From Nostoc sp. PCC 7120 = FACHB-418 (GTDB lineage: Bacteria; Cyanobacteriota; Cyanobacteriia; Cyanobacteriales; Nostocaceae), in contig NC_003276.1 of the NCBI RefSeq assembly GCF_000009705.1, positions 360,001 through 392,000 on the forward strand: DNA of 32,000 nucleotides, written 5' to 3'. This document shows positions 1 to 7,819 of the stretch, piece after piece; within the stretch, counting starts at the first letter, position 1, and every line of letters starts with the position of its first letter. Below the pieces are notes generated by a model. That model did not search any database. It was given only the letters and a program-made list of their open reading frames with translations, and was not told the DNA's origin. The translations under genes were made by a program, and so were the position numbers.

Positions 1-15
1 CCAAGAAACTGGGTC

Positions 16-44
16 TAAAGCCCCGTCCTTCAAGGACGGCTTTG
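16..44 (+). other. Imperfect hairpin upstream of tnpB1, a candidate left-end subterminal hairpin
   Basis: CCGTCC (23..28) pairs with GGACGG (34..39) around a TTCAA loop. The stem extends through AAAG/CTTT across a 2-nt bulge. IS200/IS605 ends carry subterminal hairpins. It could instead be the terminator of an upstream gene. Confidence 0.4.
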
Positions 45-83
45 ATTATGGTATAATATTTGCGTAGGAGTTTTCCACGTAAA

Positions 84-1295
84 ATGATTGTTTTAGAGTT
101 TAAAGCTAAAGGGAAAACAACTCAATATGTAGCCATTGATGAGGCGATTAGAACCTGTCAATTCGTTCGCAACAAAGCTATTCGTTTTTGGATGGATAAC
201 CGAGGTGTAGGGCAGAAAGACTTATATCGTCTTAGCAAGGTTCTCAGACATGAGTTTTCTTTTGTCAAGGCTTTGAACTCTAGTGCTTGCCAAGCTTCTA
301 TCGAACGGGCTTATAGTTCTATTGCTCGTTTTTACGACAACTGTAAAAAGTCTGTTCCAGGTAAGAAAGGTTATCCACAGTTTAAGAAAAACAACCGTTC
401 AGTTGAATATAAAACCTCTGGATGGTCACTTTCTGAAACTAGAAAGCAAATCACTTTTACTGACAAAAAAGGTATTGGCAAACTCAATCTCAAGGGAACG
501 TGGAATTTAAACTTCTACCAATTGGAGCAGATAAAACGAGTTAGGTTAGTCCGTCGCGCCGATGGGTATTATGTTCAATTCCTGATTAGCGCAGATAACA
601 AAGTAGAAACACAACCGACTGGTAAAACCATTGGTTTAGATGTTGGTTTAAAAGAGTTCTACACCGATAGCAACGGACATACAGAACCTAACCCTAAGTT
701 TTATCGCACAGGAGAGAAGCGTCTAAAGTTTAGACAAAGGCGCGTTTCAAGGCATAAGAAAGGCTCTACCAATCGCAAAAAAGCCATTAATAAATTAGGG
801 CGAGTACACCTCAAAATAAGTAGGCAACGTGAAGAACACGCTAAGAGAGTAGCGCGTTGCGTAATCCAATCTCACGATTTGGTCGCCTATGAAGATTTGA
901 GGGTTAAAAACTTAGTTAAGAATCACTGTCTCGCTAAATCTATTAATGATGCTGGTTGGTATCAATTCAGAAAATGGTTGGAGTATTTCGGTGTGAAATT
1001 TGGCCGGATAACTGTAGCTGTTAATCCTGCGTACACAACAAGCCAATGCTCTAATTGTGGCGCAGTAGTCAAAAAATCTCTATCCACAAGAACTCATGTT
1101 TGTGAATGCGGATTTGTGATGGATAGAGATTGGAACGCAGCGATTAACATTCTGAAACTAGCCTTGGGTACTACGGGTCACGTAGGAACCTGGATCTATG
1201 ATCCGAACGCTTCAGGAGATTCGACCTCTACTCATGCTGGAGAAATCTTGTGTGAGCAAGTTGGGTCTATGAATGAAGAATCTCCGCACTTATAG
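84..1295 (+). CDS. tnpB: TnpB (IS605 OrfB / IS891-IS1136-IS1341 family RNA-guided endonuclease)
   Basis: RuvC motifs are present: IGLDVGLKEF, LVAYEDLRVKN and MDRDWNAAINI. The zinc finger is CSNCG...CECG. The track ORF starts at TTG 60, but ATG 84 (MIVLEFKAKG) fits the usual TnpB N-terminus better. Confidence 0.9.
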   Translation: MIVLEFKAKGKTTQYVAIDEAIRTCQFVRNKAIRFWMDNRGVGQKDLYRLSKVLRHEFSFVKALNSSACQASIERAYSSIARFYDNCKKSVPGKKGYPQFKKNNRSVEYKTSGWSLSETRKQITFTDKKGIGKLNLKGTWNLNFYQLEQIKRVRLVRRADGYYVQFLISADNKVETQPTGKTIGLDVGLKEFYTDSNGHTEPNPKFYRTGEKRLKFRQRRVSRHKKGSTNRKKAINKLGRVHLKISRQREEHAKRVARCVIQSHDLVAYEDLRVKNLVKNHCLAKSINDAGWYQFRKWLEYFGVKFGRITVAVNPAYTTSQCSNCGAVVKKSLSTRTHVCECGFVMDRDWNAAINILKLALGTTGHVGTWIYDPNASGDSTSTHAGEILCEQVGSMNEESPHL

Positions 1296-1330
1296 GGCGG
1301 AGAGTGTCAAAGTTTATTGCTCCTTACCAA
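1150..1330 (+). ncRNA. Predicted omega-RNA (reRNA) region of tnpB1, with scaffold overlapping the tnpB 3' end and a guide of about 16-20 nt starting near 1313
   Basis: This is inferred only from the known architecture of TnpB elements. I did not verify any fold, and the boundaries are approximate. Confidence 0.3.
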
Positions 1331-1457
1331 CTGGGAATCCGAAGAATAGTTGCATTTGTGATGGCATAACCTTCCGCCATAGGCGATCGCCATTATCTCA
1401 AGGGTTCTACTGGAGGATGATGAGGGAGTACCAGTCGATATGTATCTACCAACTTGG
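1313..1457 (+). pseudogene. Degenerate, internally deleted 3' remnant of the YWRMM small-protein family (copy 1)
   Basis: It reads RRSPLSQGFYWRMMREYQSICIYQLG, against GRVSPLPEGLYWRMMDEHPSMRIYQLE at 4610..4690. The match is strong from about 1384. It is weaker (VYCSLPTGNPKNSCICDG vs LFASLLNAEYSGKSHIIWCNGD) back to about 1313. Confidence 0.6.
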
Positions 1458-1654
1458 GTTTCTAATATCCACACAATTATGCAGGAAAATAACCATACAG
1501 CAATTATCTAGCCAAAATTTTATCTTTTTTTCAACTTTAGTCACTATCGTAAATTTACTGCCCTTGGTAATATCAATTTAAGCGCTTTTTGTTGTAAGTA
1601 TACGCTTGCAACTACTGTTGTACACAGGATAAAAAGTCTAATTAGTTAGAAACT

Positions 1655-2176
1655 ATGTTAATTCAAAGAACCGTATTATCTCTTCTTGTTTTTTCAGGAA
1701 TATTATCAATTTCTGCATCAGCGAAAGGTCAATTTAAGTTCGAGCCTCATTTATCAACAAATGAGCATATTCAAAGAGAGTTGCAAATATCAGGATTGTT
1801 AGCTCAAACGAATAACAAACCAACAAATTGCGATAATGATACAGTCCTACTTTTTCATACCAACAATAGGAAGTCTGTGCGAGTTCATCGTCCAAGAAAT
1901 AATTCAGAGCAATTATTAATGAATGTTTTTGATAGTAATATCGCTAACAAAAAGCAAGCGGATTTAGCTGTTTCTGTTCCAGTCAACAAAATATCAGAGA
2001 AAAATAAAATCACCTACAGCGCACAGCTTGAAAATAGAATATATAATGCCACAGTTTGGATTAATTCTCAATCTAAAATCCAAGCAGAGTTAACAGCAAT
2101 GGATCAGAATAAACGTGAGCTATGGAGAGAAAAAGGTGCAGGGGAAGTGACATTAAAATTAAGAGTTTCAGAATAG
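1655..2176 (+). CDS. Hypothetical secreted protein
   Basis: A 173-aa ORF with an N-terminal signal-peptide-like segment (LSLLVFSGILSISASA). I recognise no family. Confidence 0.55.
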   Translation: MLIQRTVLSLLVFSGILSISASAKGQFKFEPHLSTNEHIQRELQISGLLAQTNNKPTNCDNDTVLLFHTNNRKSVRVHRPRNNSEQLLMNVFDSNIANKKQADLAVSVPVNKISEKNKITYSAQLENRIYNATVWINSQSKIQAELTAMDQNKRELWREKGAGEVTLKLRVSE

Positions 2177-2356
2177 ATGTAAATAGATAATTAATTGTTG
2201 AAACCGCTCCATCAAACGAGAAGCATCACTGATATTAAGTGTTTTGTGATGGGCAAACGCAGCGATCGCTCAGACTGGAATAGCACTAAGAAAAATTGTT
2301 AATGAGAAATTTCTGCGGGTTTGATTGGAGCATTAAACAAAATTTTGAGACATTTT

Positions 2357-2707
2357 CTATACAGTATCATCCATCCAACCGCAGATGTTACAATCCCAAT
2401 GTACCCGTGCTGTGTAATCACGCTCATATTTAGCACCGCATTGGGGACAAAAGCCTGTGAACATCGGATGCCAATCCAGTAACTCAAACTGCTGTTGGGG
2501 TGTCCATCTTTGGGGAGGTTATAGAATCAACTCGCCATTGTAATATGTTGCTCCTTCTGGTTGCCAAAGTTCTTCTGCTTGAGTGTTGGTGTTGGGTCTA
2601 AAATCGATGCAGATGTTCCCCTCTACCCCCGATGGATGAACTGCACAGACTAGGTGAGGGTCATGAGAATACATTAAGCAGCGATGGCAATCAGATGTTT
2701 TAGGCAT
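2357..2707 (-). pseudogene. Cys-rich protein, paralogue of 27700..28056, interrupted by an in-frame TAA
   Basis: It is collinear with the 118-aa paralogue. The sequence ...YYNGELIL then TAA (2519..2521, where the paralogue has CAG Gln) continues in frame as PPQRWTPQQQFELLDWHPMFTGFCPQCGAKYERDYTARVHWDCNICGWMDDTV. Confidence 0.8.
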
Positions 2708-2805
2708 ATTATCGATGATACAGCTAACTTCTGTCTGTGAAAAACTTGAACTTACAAGCCATAAATTTTAAATAAGGCAAACAAGGTACAGATAATTGTA
2801 TTTAA

Positions 2806-2905
2806 TCTACTGGGAATCCTAAGAATAGTTATATCAGCGATCGCCATCAAAACCTCCGGGGTACTCCCGCCACATCGGTACTCCGATTGGCGGTGATGGG
2901 GGATA
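2806..2905 (+). repeat. Highly degenerate copy of the YWRMM-family sequence (copy 4)
   Basis: It shares three collinear blocks with 1328..1425. These are the 22-mer ACTGGGAATCC(G/T)AAGAATAGTT, then GCGATCGCCAT, then TGG(A/C)GG(A)TGATG(A/G)GGGA. No reading frame is intact. Confidence 0.45.
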
Positions 2906-2912
2906 GGAGGGT

Positions 2913-2941
2913 AATTATGTGGGTTCGATGCCCACATAATT
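2913..2941. other. Perfect 11-bp hairpin (AATTATGTGGG / CCCACATAATT, 7-nt loop)
   Basis: Seen directly. It lies 6 nt beyond the stop of the RHH gene on the minus strand. No U-tract follows, so it is not a canonical intrinsic terminator. Confidence 0.8.
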
Positions 2942-2947
2942 GCCAAA

Positions 2948-3088
2948 TCATTGGTTTTTGATTTTCTTTCTAAGACTACGAATGAATTCACGGATTACCT
3001 CAGTTTGAGTTCTATCTTGTTCTTTGCAGTAGGCTTTTAATACTTCCAATTCTTGCTCTGGAAGCCTGATATCGATACGAGTAGTCAT
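2948..3088 (-). CDS. Ribbon-helix-helix (CopG/Arc/MetJ-type) small DNA-binding protein of 46 aa, absent from the ORF track
   Basis: Manual translation gives MTTRIDIRLPEQELEVLKAYCKEQDRTQTEVIREFIRSLRKKIKNQ. This has the classic beta-strand plus two-helix RHH pattern. It uses an ATG start and a TGA stop. Confidence 0.7.
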   Translation of the reverse strand: MTTRIDIRLPEQELEVLKAYCKEQDRTQTEVIREFIRSLRKKIKNQ

Positions 3089-4400
3089 ACACAAGTACGG
3101 AATAATGCTGTACAATAGTTATATGCTACTAACTTATCAGTTCAAACTCAACCCCACTTCTGAACAAGTTGTCATTCTTGAGACTTGGGGCGAGTTGCTG
3201 CGTCGTCATTGGAACTATGCACTAGGGGAAAGGTTGGATTGGCTAAGGCGTACAAGGTCGCTCCTTGACCGATGTAGCTTGGTTTCTGAGCCAATTGGTG
3301 GGATACCGGATAAACCTGATTACTATACACAAGCATCAGACCTCCAACAAACTAAAGACTTATTCCCCGACTACAAAAACATCTATGCCGACTGCCAACA
3401 ACAAAACCTGATGAGGTTGGACAAGGCATGGAAGCGGTGGTTAATACCTGACAAAAAAGGTAACAGAGGAGGGAAACCACGATTTAAAAAGCGTGGCGAT
3501 ATCTCTTCTTTTACCTTCCCGCGTGTTAATTCACCAAAAGCAGGCGCACATCTAACAGGTAATATTCTCAAATTATCCAAGATTGGTGAAATCGAGGTCA
3601 TCTTGCACCGTCCGATACCAAATGGTTCTGAGATTAAGCAAGCAACGATTTTAAGCAAATCTGATGGATGGTATGTCAGTTTTTCTCTTGAGGATAAAAC
3701 TGTACCTGAATTGCTGCCGATTGACGAGATTAAAACTGCTACTGGCATAGACGTTGGGTTAGAAAAGTTTTTAACTACTGCTCATGGACAAAGTATTGAA
3801 GTACCGCAGTATTCCCGTAAGACACAATCTAAATTAGCGCGTCAGCAGCGCAAACTTGCACGTAAAATTCATGGATCTAAGAACTATCAAAAACAAGCTA
3901 GCAGGGTTGCCAGGATTCACTTACACGTTGCCAGACAAAGGAAAGAGTTTCATTATCAAGTCGCTCACTGGTTGGTTAAATCTTATGACTTAATCGTTTT
4001 TGAAAATCTGAATATTAGAGGACTAGCTAGAACACGACTAGCAAAGTCGATACTAGATGTTGCTTGGGGTGCATTCCTCCAAATCATGCAAGCAGTAGCG
4101 GTAAGACGCGGCAAGCATACGCGAGGCGTTGACCCTAGAGGCACAAGTATTAATTGTTCTGGTTGTGGACAGAGAGTTGAGAAAACTTTGGCGGTTCGTG
4201 TTCATAACTGTTCTTGTGGACTGGTTATTGACCGAGACTGGAACAGCGCAATTAATCTGCTAAATTATGGGTCGGTTGGACTACCGATTCCTGGCTGTGG
4301 AGGCTTAGGCGTTAGTCAGCCTGTGAAGCAGCAAGTCTCTTATGTGAATTTGAGATGCTCCCGCTATACTGCTTGCAGTTAGCGGTGAGAGTTGTCACTG
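3089..4400 (+). mobile_element. tnpB-only IS200/IS605-family element, copy 2. The right end maps to about 4396..4404 and the left boundary is unresolved.
   Basis: The right boundary comes from the onset of homology to the full-length paralogue at 11659..12014, which begins at about 4399. The 3' motif is GCGGTGAGAGTTGTCACTGAAAG (4382..4404). I saw no convincing left-end hairpin between 3089 and 3122. Confidence 0.55.
3123..4382 (+). CDS. tnpB: TnpB (IS605 OrfB family RNA-guided endonuclease), divergent from copy 1
   Basis: RuvC motifs are present: TGIDVGLEKF, LIVFENLNIRG and IDRDWNSAINL. The zinc finger is CSGCG...CSCG. ATG 3123 (MLLTYQFKLNPTSEQ) fits the family N-terminus, while the track ORF begins at 3105. 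Confidence 0.9.
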   Translation: MLLTYQFKLNPTSEQVVILETWGELLRRHWNYALGERLDWLRRTRSLLDRCSLVSEPIGGIPDKPDYYTQASDLQQTKDLFPDYKNIYADCQQQNLMRLDKAWKRWLIPDKKGNRGGKPRFKKRGDISSFTFPRVNSPKAGAHLTGNILKLSKIGEIEVILHRPIPNGSEIKQATILSKSDGWYVSFSLEDKTVPELLPIDEIKTATGIDVGLEKFLTTAHGQSIEVPQYSRKTQSKLARQQRKLARKIHGSKNYQKQASRVARIHLHVARQRKEFHYQVAHWLVKSYDLIVFENLNIRGLARTRLAKSILDVAWGAFLQIMQAVAVRRGKHTRGVDPRGTSINCSGCGQRVEKTLAVRVHNCSCGLVIDRDWNSAINLLNYGSVGLPIPGCGGLGVSQPVKQQVSYVNLRCSRYTACS

Positions 4401-4420
4401 AAAGCTATGGGCAAGCCAGT
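4235..4420 (+). ncRNA. Predicted omega-RNA region of tnpB2, with the guide starting near 4399..4405
   Basis: This is inferred from TnpB element architecture only. I did not verify any fold. Confidence 0.3.
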
Positions 4421-4705
4421 AGTGGACTTGAACAGCAGCAGATTCAATCAATAATGGAATGGTTGTTTGCAAGTTTGCTCAATGCTGAGTATTCTGGCAA
4501 GTCGCATATTATTTGGTGTAACGGCGATCGCTTAGACTCTGGTTTAGAGCAGGTAATTAAGAAAGCAATGCGCCGGGGTGAGCCAGTTTTTCTGTATCGC
4601 TGTGGTGGTAGGGTATCGCCATTGCCAGAAGGGCTTTACTGGCGGATGATGGACGAACACCCTTCAATGCGGATTTATCAGTTAGAGATTAAAGATAGCG
4701 ATTAG
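4399..4705 (+). pseudogene. 5'-truncated member of the YWRMM small-protein family (copy 2), fused to the tnpB2 right end
   Basis: It reads SYGQASSGLEQQQIQSIMEWLFASLLNAEYSGKSHIIWCNGDRLDSGLEQVIKKAMRRGEPVFLYRCGGRVSPLPEGLYWRMMDEHPSMRIYQLEIKDSD. The first ~15 codons seen in the 11659 copy are missing. An internal ATG at 4454 could still give an 83-aa product. Confidence 0.65.
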
Positions 4706-4722
4706 TTTCATATTTTACTTAC

Positions 4723-5427
4723 CTAAGAAAAGCCTTGCAGTTTCCGTTTTAGCTCCCAATAACTAGCGTTGACTCTAGCATAATCTCTTTGTAAAATAGC
4801 GATAAAACAATCTACATAAGCAAGTGATAAATAACGAAGATATTCATCAAAGCTTTTCATTGCTTCTTCGGGATCATCGCTAATATTACGCAAGGAATTA
4901 TCTGGCTCTAACTCCATCGTGTAGCCTACCATACGAAGATAAATTTTTCCTCTTTTCAAACGAGCAATATCTTCTTGAGGAATTGGAAATCTAATATTAG
5001 AAAGCTGATTAAGTTTCTCTAATAAGCTTGTTCTCATACCTACTCGCCTATTAGGTGGTAAGTCATATTGCATACGTGTGCGAGCAGCATGAGTCTGTCC
5101 CATTAAGTAATTACGAATACTGTTAATAAAAGCTTGAAGTTGAGGGTCATTCAATTGTATTGATGATAGTAACTCCATGCGTGACTCATGTGGTGCAAAC
5201 CTTATATCTATATCCATTTCATTAACAACTTTCATGATATCAAGAGGCTGGTCATATCTAATTGATTCCCAATACTTCCGGCAAGCTCTCATATAATCTT
5301 CGTGAATAAACTTTAGTTGAGAATAAGCTGGTTCAACAAATTTTTCTAATAATTTGTCTTTCTTATCTTGATTTTTGGAAAATTGATTGGAAATAAACTC
5401 AATTAAAGCAATAGCATCTGCAATCAT
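4723..5427 (-). CDS. Hypothetical protein (234 aa), with no family recognised
   Basis: A long ORF lying 30 bp downstream of, and co-directional with, the methyltransferase. It is visibly more AT-rich than that gene. Confidence 0.55.
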   Translation of the reverse strand: MIADAIALIEFISNQFSKNQDKKDKLLEKFVEPAYSQLKFIHEDYMRACRKYWESIRYDQPLDIMKVVNEMDIDIRFAPHESRMELLSSIQLNDPQLQAFINSIRNYLMGQTHAARTRMQYDLPPNRRVGMRTSLLEKLNQLSNIRFPIPQEDIARLKRGKIYLRMVGYTMELEPDNSLRNISDDPEEAMKSFDEYLRYLSLAYVDCFIAILQRDYARVNASYWELKRKLQGFS

Positions 5428-5457
5428 TTTTATACATCCTTAAAATTATTATGATAT

Positions 5458-6324
5458 TTAAGCTATAGAATTAGTTGAACACGTTTCCTCTTTCCTTGCT
5501 GTCACCAAAAAAGAACGCCGCACCCCCTTGATTTCTCGTGGAGCCAACTGTACAGCATATCGTCCGTAATTTGCTCTAATATCCCCTGGTTGAATAACTG
5601 ACGCATTCCAACCGTAGGCAGCAAACAACTGTTCTGGCTCGTCTGTGCCGAAACGCCAGTGCTTGCTGATCATTCCATTGGGGTGTTTTGCTCCAACTTG
5701 CCACGACTTGACACTGACTAGATCCGCTCCCAAGAAACTACCCTCTGCACTCAACTGACCAATTGTTTTGAGCAGTTGGTTGACTTGAGCTTCGTCTAGG
5801 TACATCAACAGCCCTTCCATTAGCCAAAGTGTAGGAAGATGAACATCAAAGCCTTGTTCTAAAAGCAAATGTGACCAAGGTTGGGTTAGGTCAGCAGCGA
5901 TCGCGTGACGATGGCAATTGGCTTTTTTATCCTGAAGAATTGCTTCTCTGTACTGAATTAGTTCTGGTAAATCTAATTCGTACAGACGAGTCTTTGGTGG
6001 GAAGGAGAGACGAAATGCTCTTGTGTCTAACCCGGCTCCTAGAAAGACTAACTGTTTAGCTTCGGGCAACACAGACAAGATGAAGTCATCAAAGAAACGG
6101 GTACGAACTGCAACGAACTGAATGCGAAGTGTAGTACCCAGAGGATTATCACTGTCTTGTTGTTCCCATTTCTCTCTCCAAGCTTTACCTGTATCTCCAG
6201 ATAACAGTGCGGCAAATGGGTCATCAAACAGGTGGTCTGACCTGTCGGATTCTATTGCACGTTTAGTTGCCATAACCAAAGCTGTGCGACAAACCTCGTC
6301 TTGAATCTGGGGTAGTTCACTCAT
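5458..6324 (-). CDS. Class I SAM-dependent methyltransferase (leucine carboxyl / TIGR00027-like O-methyltransferase family)
   Basis: Motifs are VAVRTRFFDDF and LGAGLDTRAFRL. ATG 6324 (MSELPQ) is preferred over the TTG at 6342 used by the track. Confidence 0.75.
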   Translation of the reverse strand: MSELPQIQDEVCRTALVMATKRAIESDRSDHLFDDPFAALLSGDTGKAWREKWEQQDSDNPLGTTLRIQFVAVRTRFFDDFILSVLPEAKQLVFLGAGLDTRAFRLSFPPKTRLYELDLPELIQYREAILQDKKANCHRHAIAADLTQPWSHLLLEQGFDVHLPTLWLMEGLLMYLDEAQVNQLLKTIGQLSAEGSFLGADLVSVKSWQVGAKHPNGMISKHWRFGTDEPEQLFAAYGWNASVIQPGDIRANYGRYAVQLAPREIKGVRRSFLVTARKEETCSTNSIA

Positions 6325-6538
6325 CACGGGGGACTTTAGCAATTACTGTTGCAGTAGAATTTTGATTGTCTCACTGTTGTTTGTCAGCAGTCTAGTGTTA
6401 GTTGGAGACATCCTTTGCGATCGCTTTCCTTCAAAAGTTCTCAACTCAACCAAATACCTGTTACTGATCCAAATCACAGCCTGAGATATCAGTGTAAGTT
6501 ACGCTCGATACAAAAATTAGCCCATTATACATAGAATA

Positions 6539-7066
6539 ATGAACAAAGCAGCTATTATCACAGCATTTCTAGTGCTGCTCTCTGGAGTACCGACTGTAGC
6601 CCAAAGCAACTTGCCCAGCATGACAGTAGTGAGCGTAGGTGACGGAGATACGCTCAGAGTCCGCAATCAGCAGGGCCAAGCTATAACGATTCGCCTGGGC
6701 TGTGTTGACGCACCGGAACTCAAGCAAAATCCTTGGGGTCAGCAGTCTAAAACTCGCCTCGGTCAACTACTGCCTGTAGGTCAGTCTGTGCAAGTTCGCT
6801 CAATTGAGAACGATAAGTACAAAAGGTTGGTGGCTGAAGTATTTGTAAACAATCGCTCAGTCAACCTGACGATGGTGCAAGAGGGGCAAGCTGTGGTTTA
6901 TAGGCAATATCTTCAGGGGTGCGATCGCTCTTACCCAAACTTTTGCATTCCGCCTAATTCGCCAGATTTAGATTGCGGTGATATCTCTTATCGCAGATTT
7001 AGAGTAAATCAACCAGATCCACATGGGTTTGATAGAGATAAGGATGGGATTGGTTGCGAGAGATGA
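6539..7066 (+). CDS. Secreted staphylococcal-nuclease-like (thermonuclease) protein fused to an Excalibur Ca-binding domain. It carries an in-frame deletion of about 49 codons relative to the paralogue.
   Basis: It has a signal peptide, the SNase motifs GDGDTLRV and RLGCVDAPELKQ, and the C-terminal LDCGD...FDRDKDGIGCE. Compared with 13276..13950, it lacks the segment YTNTKEQFLQAEANAKQQKLGFWN..PWDFRR. Confidence 0.7.
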   Translation: MNKAAIITAFLVLLSGVPTVAQSNLPSMTVVSVGDGDTLRVRNQQGQAITIRLGCVDAPELKQNPWGQQSKTRLGQLLPVGQSVQVRSIENDKYKRLVAEVFVNNRSVNLTMVQEGQAVVYRQYLQGCDRSYPNFCIPPNSPDLDCGDISYRRFRVNQPDPHGFDRDKDGIGCER

Positions 7067-7161
7067 CAATAAAATTTGGCATGACAGAGGGAAATATGCG
7101 ATAAGCTGATGCCTTGCTGAGTAGAACAAGTGAAGAACAAAATAAATTTTACAAAGCTAAT

Positions 7162-7767
7162 ATGACAACTGCTATTAACAATTTATTTCATCCAATTTTT
7201 TCACAATGGCTCGAATCAGGTCTAGCACCTGAGTCAGCCATAGAAGGAGTTGCCCCTGAATTTGCTAGTTTGCTGCAAGTTCAGGCTGAAGAATTTACAT
7301 TTGATTCGCTGTTTCATAATGCCCAGATGCCTGATTGGACATGGAATGCCATCGAGTTTAATGAAGTTTTCGATGGACAGTTTTTCTTTTATTTGCCAAC
7401 TATATGGGCTGAAAGCAGACAACAAGGGCTAAATGTCGCTTTTGGTGATACTACATCCATACGGCAATCGATTTTACTGACCAAAAAGTCTTTGTGGCAA
7501 ACAGGTATCAGCGAATTTTTGCAAGGGGTTAGAGTTATAGCATTTGCTTATTACCCCTTGCACAAGCCGAATTATAATCAATGGGTTGTCGTAACAAAAG
7601 ACAACGAGACTGGAGCTATGTGGACGTTTGCTGTATATAGTTCTGGAGACTATCTTGTAGCAGTTAAGGCAGATGCAGCTACAACTTTTGAACTCAATCA
7701 ACAATTAACTTCACTGATTAATTCTAATCCTTGGTATGGATGGATTGAATCGGCTAAAAAACAGTAA
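7162..7767 (+). CDS. Hypothetical protein
   Basis: A long ORF with no recognised family. ATG 7162 is preferred to the TTG at 7114. Confidence 0.5.
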   Translation: MTTAINNLFHPIFSQWLESGLAPESAIEGVAPEFASLLQVQAEEFTFDSLFHNAQMPDWTWNAIEFNEVFDGQFFFYLPTIWAESRQQGLNVAFGDTTSIRQSILLTKKSLWQTGISEFLQGVRVIAFAYYPLHKPNYNQWVVVTKDNETGAMWTFAVYSSGDYLVAVKADAATTFELNQQLTSLINSNPWYGWIESAKKQ

Positions 7768-7819
7768 TGATGAATTTTTAGCTTGAATTAGCAGAAGCTA
7801 CAAGCTCACCTGAAGTAGT

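Larger units (their letters stand above)
1..1312 (+). mobile_element. tnpB-only IS200/IS605-family element (IS1341/IS891-like), copy 1. The left boundary is at or before the window start and the right end is near 1312.
   Basis: A single TnpB ORF is preceded by a hairpin (16..44) and TATAAT (52..57). The 3' motif GCGGAGAGTGTCAAAG (1297..1312) resembles the 3' end of the second element (4382..4404). No tnpA is present. Confidence 0.65.

Noticed and set aside
42-46. TTGAT, the known ISDra2 TAM, next to the tnpB1 upstream hairpin
   Set aside because: It lies 3' of the hairpin, inside the presumed element, rather than 5' of the left end. A 5-mer match is expected by chance.
1273-1581. The 102-aa track ORF as a real gene
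   Set aside because: It is a composite. It starts inside the tnpB1 3' end, runs through the transposon right end and reads into the degenerate family remnant. Only residues around RRSPLSQGFYWRMM reflect real ancestry.
2911-2945. A tRNA-like T-arm (GTGGG TTCGATG CCCAC) that might suggest a tRNA gene or fragment
   Set aside because: The stem extends to 11 bp as a simple hairpin. No acceptor, D or anticodon arms can be built from the flanking sequence.
2752-2991. The 79-aa minus-strand ORF, including an apparent YRCGG match to the family on the minus strand
   Set aside because: It overlaps the RHH gene end and the hairpin. The collinear blocks shared with 1328..1425 are all in plus orientation, so the minus-strand YRCGG is most likely a coincidence of a local palindrome (CCGCCACATCGG...CCGATTGGCGG).
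3383-3748. The 121-aa minus-strand ORF inside tnpB2, together with similar shadow ORFs at 283..510, 5871..6059, 6122..6304, 6569..6766, 7234..7704, 8391..8591, 9802..10032, 15090..15365, 15927..16193, 18426..19146, 21486..21698, 24170..24370, 28899..29108 and 31673..31900
   Set aside because: They are embedded in, or antisense to, genes with strong family signatures, and they have no recognisable features of their own.
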